The position numbers and the translations under genes are program-made. DNA of 64,000 bases from the NCBI GenBank assembly GCA_951406725.2, contig OX597823.1, positions 80,104,001 through 80,168,000 on the forward strand, read 5' to 3'. The stretch is from Octopus vulgaris (Eukaryota). The notes beneath the pieces are model-generated. The model did no database searches, was not told where the DNA came from, and was given only the letters and a program-made list of their open reading frames with translations. How positions within the stretch are numbered: position 1 is the stretch's first letter; each line of letters begins with the position of its first letter. Shown here one piece after another: positions 54,839 to 64,000 of this stretch.

Positions 54839-55099
54839 TTATTGTTGTTGTTGTTGTTGTCGCTGCTGCTGCTGTTGTTGTTGTTGTTGTTGTTATATTC
54901 TCTTGTTTCATGAAGTTGGTGTTTTGCTCAGTTTAATTATACTTCCTACATAATATAATATTTCTATGGAATCCCAACATGTGGGTGAGGATAGTGGACT
55001 TTTATTTCTTTACTTCTAGTATTAAAGTTTTTTTTTTCTGCTTCACAAATGTTTTAACATTGTATAAAGGACTTTTGTGATAATTCTAGCTAATCCTCA

Positions 55100-55560
55100 T
55101 ACCTATGGTTTCCGCATAGTATTTACATCAGGGATAAGGCGAGATTTTCGAGGTTTTTTCCCAGATACTATTTTTTGCACTTTTCCCAAGGCTCCAATGA
55201 CAATCAACGCTATTATGATCTTAACTTCTTTATTCCATCACCTAAGGATTTATTATTTCAAATCAGGATAATGAGCTACGTTTTCTGTTTCCTCTTTTTC
55301 TTTTTACTTCGGTGTCGTACGAGTATGCCACATCGCTTACAATACACAGTCTGTTCTTCCTGTTGAAAACTACAGTATGCGGTGTGTTGTGTTGTATTTT
55401 TCTTTCAGTTTGTATAGGAAAGCCCTAGAACAACCTCACTTCATCATTTTCGATGGCTTGCATTTTCAGTTCATACAAAATTGTTATAGCTTTTCTTCTG
55501 TGATTGCAAAATCAAATTTCCTGAAAAAATTCCGGTATATTATTGTTACAGCAATCATCT
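55100..55560 (-). pseudogene. Degenerate R4/Dong-like (restriction-like endonuclease) LINE C-terminus
   Basis: Frameshifted peptides IENDEVRLF..FPIQTE..IQHNTP, CIVSDVAY and YPDLK..ILR.WNKEVKIIIALIVIGALGKV. Confidence 0.65.
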
Positions 55561-55795
55561 TGACTACATTTTTGCATATATTCTGAATTAACTACAGACA
55601 CTGATATAATCTGAGTAATCGGTCTCATCACCTAACTAGCTGCGAACATTCCGATACTATGTGAAATATGGTTTCATTAACTTCTTCTTCTTCTTCTTCT
55701 TTTTCTTCTTTTTCTTCTTCTTCTTCTCATTATTATTATCGTTGTTGTTTTTGTTGTTAATGATGATGATGATGTTGCTGTTGTTATTATCATTG

Positions 55796-56320
55796 AGTAA
55801 GAGAGCGGTGCATGCCATCAAAGTGACAAGGGTAAAATATACGAAGCCCAATATACCCATTTGACTACCCGTGTGATAATGGTACACTAGGCACATGCAT
55901 TACAACCATATGAGCGTAATATGGTGATCACATATCAAGATAAACAGTTCATGACCTTGCAAGTGGGGCCCACGTAGAATTTTCTTCAGATCGAGTATCC
56001 CATCCTGCTCAAAAGGCCCTTGAATAAGGATTGTTTAAGGATGTTGAACGAAGCACCTGTCTTTCCAGAGGTAAATTATTCAAATCCCGTAGAATTCCTC
56101 TCAACACATGGCTATGATGCTCCCGCACTACTTCTGCTCGTAATCAGAGATGCACATATCGTCAGCCACTAATGGACATGCTCAACTGGTTAAGACCAAA
56201 CAACTGACAAGCAAATATGTGGTATTGAGCAGAATATTTGCTATAGCCCATCATTTACAGCAAGACAAAACATACGCATGATAACACTTCCAATAAGTTA
56301 AGATCAGAAACCATGAGAGT
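55796..56320 (-). mobile_element. Family F retroposon
   Basis: Homologue of 34937-35380, flanked by (ATT)/(GTT) repeats. Confidence 0.8.
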
Positions 56321-56332
56321 ACTATTATTATT

Positions 56333-56431
<99 letters not shown>

Positions 56432-56433
56432 AC

Positions 56434-56650
56434 GGTGATGAGCTGGCAGAATCGTTAGCACGCCGAGCGAAATGCTTAGCGGTATTTCGTTTGCGGCAAC
56501 GTTCTGAGTTCAAATTCCGCCGAGGTCGACTTCCTCTTTCATCCTTTCTGGGACGATAAATTAAATACCAGTAAAACACTGTGTTGATGTGATCGACTTA
56601 CCCCTTCTCCGGAAATTTCAAGGTTTGTGTCTATAGTGGAAAGGATTATT
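56434..56650 (+). mobile_element. SINE family A (alternative tail)
   Basis: A/B boxes, GAAAGGATTATT end. Confidence 0.85.
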
Positions 56651-56975
56651 ATTATTATATGAAAACTCATAGCTTATTTTGCTGGGTATGATGGAAAGTG
56701 TCAGCTGTCCACACCCAGCAGACTAATGTAAGACTTGTTTACTGGTCGTGCTTCAAGAAACCTGTGAAGAATTCTTGCAGTTCCAAGCAATGCTGATTTT
56801 TGTAGATGTTCTACCTTCACACCGATCTTCTACAGCCTTGCTGGTAGTTGAATGCTGATACTTCCAAGTGCACCAATTACTGATGGTATCACGTCTACTC
56901 CCCTCATTGACCATAACCTTCGTATTTCCCGCTTCAAATCGTCATAGTTGTTTATTTTGCTTCTTCTTACTCTCT
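56650..56975 (-). pseudogene. 5'-truncated R4/Dong-like LINE 3' end with (TAA)n tail
   Basis: Minus-strand translation KINNYDDLKREIRRLWSMRGVDVIPSVIGALGSI...HLQKSALLGTARILHRFLE (one stop), then a short 3' UTR and TAATAATAA. Confidence 0.85.
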
Positions 56976-58544
56976 CTCTGTTTATTTCCTCGTGTTCCTT
57001 TCTGTTGAAGAGCGTAGGTCCGAAACGTAAAAGACTTTCTTACTTTCCCGAGAGTCAAACTAATACACCGGCTTGTTGTTTATACACCTGTCTATGTCTT
57101 TTGTTTTTCTGTAAATTTCGACCATTTATTTCTATATTCATTGATTTTGTAGGGGAAGCATCCGAATCAACTGTATTAAACTTAGAATAAATATCGAATC
57201 AAGAAAAAAAAAATGAAAAGAAAATATAATTGTTTGTTTGTTTTGGTCTTGGTTGTTTTTCAATTTCGAAAATTAAATTTAACTGATTTAAATAGTCTAG
57301 TGATGTTTCTTGCAGTAAATTAGTGCTGATTAACTTGCACTGGACCATGGATAGGCCTGCAGTAAGCTAGCATTTGCCTGTTGGAACCCTACTTCTGCAC
57401 AAATATCCAACGGCGCTCTGGTTCACAAATGACAAATACAACTGACAGAAAATGCTTAAAACAGACACAGTTAAACCACACAAACTAACAATCGAGTCTA
57501 GAAAAAACAATGATGGGTGATACAGATAGATATATACATGCTGCACAATATATATACACATAAATATACATGGTAAAAAGTCAGTGATACGGTGTAAAAT
57601 ACAAAATAAACTTATAAAACATAACCAGACACACATACATTGAAATTACGTAAAAGAGATATAAGATGCAAAACAAGAGAGAAAAACATGAAAAAATATA
57701 ATAAGAAAGAAAAAATATAATGATAGAGAAAACATAGTATTAAACCTTAAAACCACACATGATAAATATACAAACACTATGGAAGTATAAAAAAACATAA
57801 AATGCAGAGCAATACATTAAAGAAAAAACCGCAGACGATGAAAACACATGTCTCATAGAGTTAGTAGCCGCTCAAAATAATAGAAAAGCAAGTAAAATAT
57901 ATAACGTAAATGCTGTTAAACTTTGGGGCAAAATCAAATAAAATGCATACAAGTGTACAAAATAAACATGGCAGAAGTCGTAAAATGACATCTGATGCTG
58001 GTGATGATGACAATGGTGCAAGCAAAAGTAAATATATTGGTGCCGATTACTATTTGTGTTTAAAGAAGAGAAACAACGAAAGAAGCATTACTGGTAACTA
58101 CTATTGTTTTAAAACAGTTATCCGAGACGGAGACCGTGCAAATTAAGAGAAGGATAGAAATAAATGGATATTGTTTGGGCTGACAAAGTAAAATTAAAGT
58201 TATTTCATAGACAATTACAGACATATACGGACTACATAGCTACGCATACGCACACACGAATATATATATACACACATACATACATACATATCTCTGTGTG
58301 CGTGCGTGTGTGTGTATGTATGCATATATGTATATGCGTGTATGTATTCACATATGTATGCATATAAATTCACACGTATGTGAGCACATAGGTGCAAAAA
58401 CAAACTGGAGAAATTAGAACCTGAATACCAAAGGTAGAGTAATGAGTTTTACTGGATCTTAACAAATTCAATAAACCGTTACTCAGAGCTTCACGTAAAC
58501 AATCAATTTCTATATACATATATATATACGTCTACATACATATA

Positions 58545-58775
58545 TATTTCTTAATTGCCCGCAGGGGACTAAACATAGAGGGGACAAACAATGACAGACA
58601 AAGGGATTAAGTCGATTGCATCGACCCCAGTGCGTAACTGGTACTTATTTAATCGACCCCGAAAGGATAAAAGGCAAAGTTCACCTCGGCAGAATTTGAA
58701 CTCAGAACGTAACGGCAGACGAGATACTGCTAAGCATTTCGCCCGGCGTGCTAACTATTATGCCAGCTCGCCGCC
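58545..58775 (-). mobile_element. SINE family A with target-site duplication
   Basis: CGTCTACATACATATA at 58529-58544 and 58780-58795. Confidence 0.9.
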
Positions 58776-58909
58776 CTATCGTCTACATACATATACGCAC
58801 GCATACATTTACATAGTTATACATATGCACACACACACACACATATATGTAGGTGTGTGTATACATATATATATGTGTATATATATATATATACATATAT
58901 ATATGTATG

Positions 58910-58952
<43 letters not shown>

Positions 58953-59025
58953 GTATGTATATATATATGTATGTATATATATATATATACATATATATAT
59001 GTATGTATATATATATATATGTATG

Positions 59026-59056
<31 letters not shown>

Positions 59057-59075
59057 ATATATATATAAGTATGTA

Positions 59076-59202
<127 letters not shown>

Positions 59203-59541
59203 GTATGTATACATGTATGTGTATATATATATCATTTAGTATACACAAGATATAAATTCGTGCTACTAATAGTTTCTTACCGTAAAAACACGATACTTGG
59301 TGTGTTTCGAAGCAATCTTTCAGACTGATTTATATTTCTGATTTATATTTCTCGGAGGAAACAGAAACATGAAAGAATGAAAGGAAGGTAGAAAAAAATG
59401 TGAACTGGGAAGAAAGAAAAAAGAATATAGACATAAATACATAGATAGATACACACACATATCTATCTATCTACATATGCACGGGGGCACGCAAACACAC
59501 ACACACACACACACACACATACGTTCATATGTGTGTATCGG

Positions 59542-59615
<74 letters not shown>

Positions 59616-60668
59616 TTAGCATTTGTGTTTATATGAGTAAAGAGGGAGAGGGGAGGAAGGTGAGACAGATGAATAGACGGAGAGGCAATTAGGAATAGAG
59701 GCTGTATTTATGCATAAAACAACTCGATATACAACTGCTTTATGAATGACAGAACAACTATTGTAATCTATCACGTTATCGGTAGATAAGGTCCTGAGAT
59801 ATCGCTGGCCCATTCTAGAAAGTTCTTACTGAGAAGGAAACCGCAACGTCATCGCTTAATTATGTAGAATAACATCACAGCGTCTTAAAGACTGCACATT
59901 GAATAATGTAGTTCTAGATACTTTATTGAGCGTATCGCATTTTAAGAGCTGATTGCTATGGAAGGAATGCATTTGGTTTGAAATATTCTCAATCAGATTT
60001 GAGCTTGTGCTACATAGTAGTAATACACTATATATATGAAATGTTGTGCCCCTACTCCACTATAACAATCAATGCGTTCTGGGACATTTTTCATTCATTT
60101 GAACATACGTTTACAAGTATAGATGGTTAATCAAATTGAGTATACTAAATTTGATGTAACATCTGCAATAACATCTGGGTCAAAGAGCACCTTCACACAT
60201 GCGCCTTATCTGTAAAAGAGACCCCACCTAGATTGATTGCACCTTATCAGTTAAAACAAAACACCTAGGCAGATGCAAGGGCCAGCCACTATCAGAAAAA
60301 CAAACAGTGATATCGGGAAATTAGGGATTAAAGAGGCAACTTTCATTCAAAAAGTTAAGTGTATTATCAACAAGAACTGCATGAAGTTTATTGATTTAGC
60401 ACTGAGCATTTCAAAAAAGCCCAAAAGTCTGCGGAGTATACGCAGTATAGGAAACTAATAAGCAGATACAGATGGCTTGATGAATTAACACATTTCGTAC
60501 ACTCTCTCGTGAACTAAATATGATAGGCCTATTGACACACTTATCAGCATGAAAAAAGTGGTTTTAGGTAAAAGCATTATCTATTATTGTTATATGCCTT
60601 TCATTTGCAATTACATAGCTGCGCCTTTCCAAACCACTGTATGTCTTCATGTATCTTTGCACAAACGT

Positions 60669-60772
<104 letters not shown>

Positions 60773-60896
60773 TGTAGCTGTACGAGTACCACTTCCACTG
60801 ATAAAGGAAGAATTCAGTGCAGCTAGTAAGAAAACTTTATTGGGGGAATTTGATAGTTCAGTCTTAGTGACAAGCATTTTCGTTCGAAGCCGAGTC

Positions 60897-60952
<56 letters not shown>

Positions 60953-61086
60953 CATACATACACACACACACACACACACTTACATGACAAGTACATAGGC
61001 AAATAGAAACCCTTAAAATCGTTAAAATTTATTTGAATCTGAAATTATACATTCAAATTATTTATTGATTATTATAATGTAAATAT

Positions 61087-61405
61087 CTAATATCTAGCAG
61101 ACATGTCCTTTGAATTTTTCAATGCAAGGACCCTATTATGTATGCTACTGATCAGATAACGGATATTTTTTTTAGAAATTTCTTGCCAAGTTTCATGCAG
61201 TAATCTCGAAAGATCTGGCTTTGAGGATGCTTTCTTGTTCTTTTTACGAGGTTTGCTGTCCATTATGCCCCGGAGGTGTTCAATAGGATCCATATCCGGT
61301 GACTAGCTTGGCCATAGAAGGTTAGTAATGTCATTCTCTTCCAACCAATCTTGGGTCTTTAATCTTTTCACCACTGGAGAAGATTGGGAGGAATCCCTTC
61401 TGCAA
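61087..61405 (-). pseudogene. Tc1-type DDE transposase C-terminal relic
   Basis: TQDWLEENDITNLLWPS*SPDMDPIEHL...LHETWQEI...LISSIHNRVLAL...ARY matches the Tc1 WPSQSPDLNPIEHLW motif and typical C-terminus; truncated by (TACA)n. Confidence 0.85.
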
Positions 61406-61487
61406 TATAGACACATACATACATACGTACGTACATACATACATACATACATACATACATACATACATACATACATACATACATACA

Positions 61488-61523
<36 letters not shown>

Positions 61524-61546
61524 TACATACATACATACATACATAA

Positions 61547-61610
<64 letters not shown>

Positions 61611-61828
61611 TTTCAAGCAGATAAATGCCTATAATGAATCGCAAATTATCTACTGTATTTTATCAACAAGCTGTTAAAAGTAATATTCGAAAATTACTTC
61701 CCTATATAAAGCACGACATCATAACCCAGAATAATAGCAGAGCATAAACGAGAATCATAGTATCACACAAAGAACTGAAATAGCCATATAAATGCCTTAC
61801 ACTAAAATTGACCACTGTTAATATAAAA

Positions 61829-62522
61829 CAATGATTCTCAACCACGGGTCCACATGATCCTTGGGCTTCCATATAAGATTTTGTTAATTATTTGCAAGAT
61901 ATTCCTTAAACTTCTAGAATTGGCGCAGAAGTGGCTGTGTGGTAAGTAGCTGGCTTACCAACCACATGGTTCTGGTTTCAGTCCCACTGCGTGGCACCTT
62001 TGACAGTTGTCATCTACTATAGCCTTGGGCCGACCAAAGCTTTGTGGGTGGATTTGGTAGACGGAAACTGAAAGAAACCCGTCGTATATATATGTATATA
62101 TATATATGTGAGTGTGTGTGTGTGTATGTGTGTGTGAGTGTGTGTGCGTGTGTGTGTTTGTGTGTACGTCTGTGTTTGTTGCCCAACATCGCTTGACAAC
62201 CGATGCTGGTGCGTGTACGTACCCGTAACGCAGCGGTTCGGCTAAAGAGACCGATAGAATAAATACTAGGCTTACAAAGAATAAGTTCTGTGGTCGATTT
62301 GCTCGATTAAATGCGGTGCTTCAGCATGGGCACAGTCAAATTACTAAAACAAGTAAAAGAATAACACATAAAATATTTAAATTCTTTAAAGATAGTAATA
62401 TTTAATTATAAATATACAGGAGGATTTCTTTAAAATTTATGCATCGAATGTCTATGGATGTTCAGAAGAATATAACAGGAATCAAAGCGATCCATTGGGG
62501 AAAAAGCGGTTGAGAACCCCAG
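61829..62522. mobile_element. hAT/Charlie-type MITE containing a nested family-B SINE (61922-62362)
   Basis: Ends CAATGATTCTCAACC ... GGTTGAGAACCCCAG; no clear 8-bp TSD. Confidence 0.65.
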
Positions 62523-62822
62523 AAACCCAGGTGTGTACTCTTATTGTCTAGTAAAATATTTTCTTAATATTTGTTCCTACGTACATTTTGATTTTGGATT
62601 CGGACAACTGACCTGTTTGAGGTAAAGTGCTTGAACACTAAATGACAGGTTTAAGAAATTACAGATTCTTCGATTGTTTGTGCCATGCTCGGGTTTCTGT
62701 CTACGTTGATTTGCAGGCTATGCGTGCGTATATGAGTGTATTTATGTAAACACACAGAGAGACTTACACACACACACACATATACACACATACATACATA
62801 CATACATACATACATACATACA

Positions 62823-62853
<31 letters not shown>

Positions 62854-63061
62854 TTCCTTCACCTCATACTCTATTTTGTATCCTATCTAAATTAATTATT
62901 ACATAACCATCCTCTCACACCGTCTCCGATCAAGGGATATAATTAATAAAATAAACATCCTGGAAACAGCCGTAAGACTTTCTTTCTATCTATAAATGTT
63001 ATATCTACAAAGCCTTGGTTTCTTTTATCTCATTGCGCAACAAATTCTTATATACATACAT

Positions 63062-63131
<70 letters not shown>

Positions 63132-63216
63132 TGTTGGTGTGGTGTATTGAGTGTGTGAGTCGCTACTCAAAGCTCTTCGTTTCCAAGAGGAAATTCAAAA
63201 TAGCGACTCATACACA

Positions 63217-63257
<41 letters not shown>

Positions 63258-63447
63258 TACTTTCTCTTCTTCACTCTCTTTTCCTCTCTCTTCTTTCTCT
63301 TCTTTCTTCTTTTTCATTCTCTTATCTTTTCCTTCTTGGCTTCCTTTCTTTCTTTACCTCTTGCTTTATCTCATCTCCCTGACACCTTACTACAAAAATC
63401 ATGTGCGTGTATATGTATATGCATGTGTGCGTGTGCGCGTGTGTATG

Positions 63448-63501
<54 letters not shown>

Positions 63502-63829
63502 GTGTTTGTGTGTGTATGTGTGTGTGTGTGTGCATGTAAATTCCATCGTTAATCTCAGTCGTAATTGGTCTTAAGATCCTTTCACATACAGGCAAAATTT
63601 TAAAATAGCAAAAGAGTGACTCGAACAACATAAAGATGTTATTAATCTCTGCTACGGCATCGAGTACGACAGTCAACACTAAACACATGTGCGTTCGTGT
63701 ATGTATGTATGTATGTATGTATGTATGTATGCAAAGACAAACTTAAAGAGGAGATATATAGATAGATCGATACATACATACACACACACACACTCACACA
63801 CACATACACATATATACACACACATATGC

Positions 63830-63861
<32 letters not shown>

Positions 63862-64000
63862 CTACACGCATTTATACATACATATATGTGTGTGTAGGTG
63901 TGTTGGTGTGCGTGCATACGTCCATATGTATATATGTGTATTTTTATCTGTTCGTGAGTCTACAGAAAAAAGAAGAAAAATAGGGAATTCAACGAGGCAG

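Overview
This is AT-rich eukaryotic (animal) genomic DNA saturated with microsatellites: (TA)n, (TG)n, (TACA)n, (GATA)n, (ATT)n and (CAT)n. The repeat content and the tRNA-headed SINEs resemble an octopus genome (inference, no search run). Nearly all ORF-track entries are microsatellite translations. The one credible host coding region is a minus-strand exon (ATG 8493 to about 6945) encoding a signal-peptide-bearing, Asn/Gln/His-rich protein with many dibasic/furin-type sites. It ends either at a G|GTAAGT splice donor or as ...SY-GK-stop. A candidate promoter and non-coding first exon lie at about 16.1-16.3 kb. The rest is a transposon landscape: modular SINE families (with multimers and a chimera), Penelope-like relics with hammerhead-like motifs often in palindromes, R4/Dong-type, RTE-type and other LINE fragments, Tc1/mariner relics, piggyBac- and hAT-type MITEs, and a four-copy ~380-bp hairpin-containing tandem array. 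No prokaryotic features, CRISPR arrays, rRNA or intact tRNA genes were seen. SINE/repeat family letters (A-H) are my own labels.
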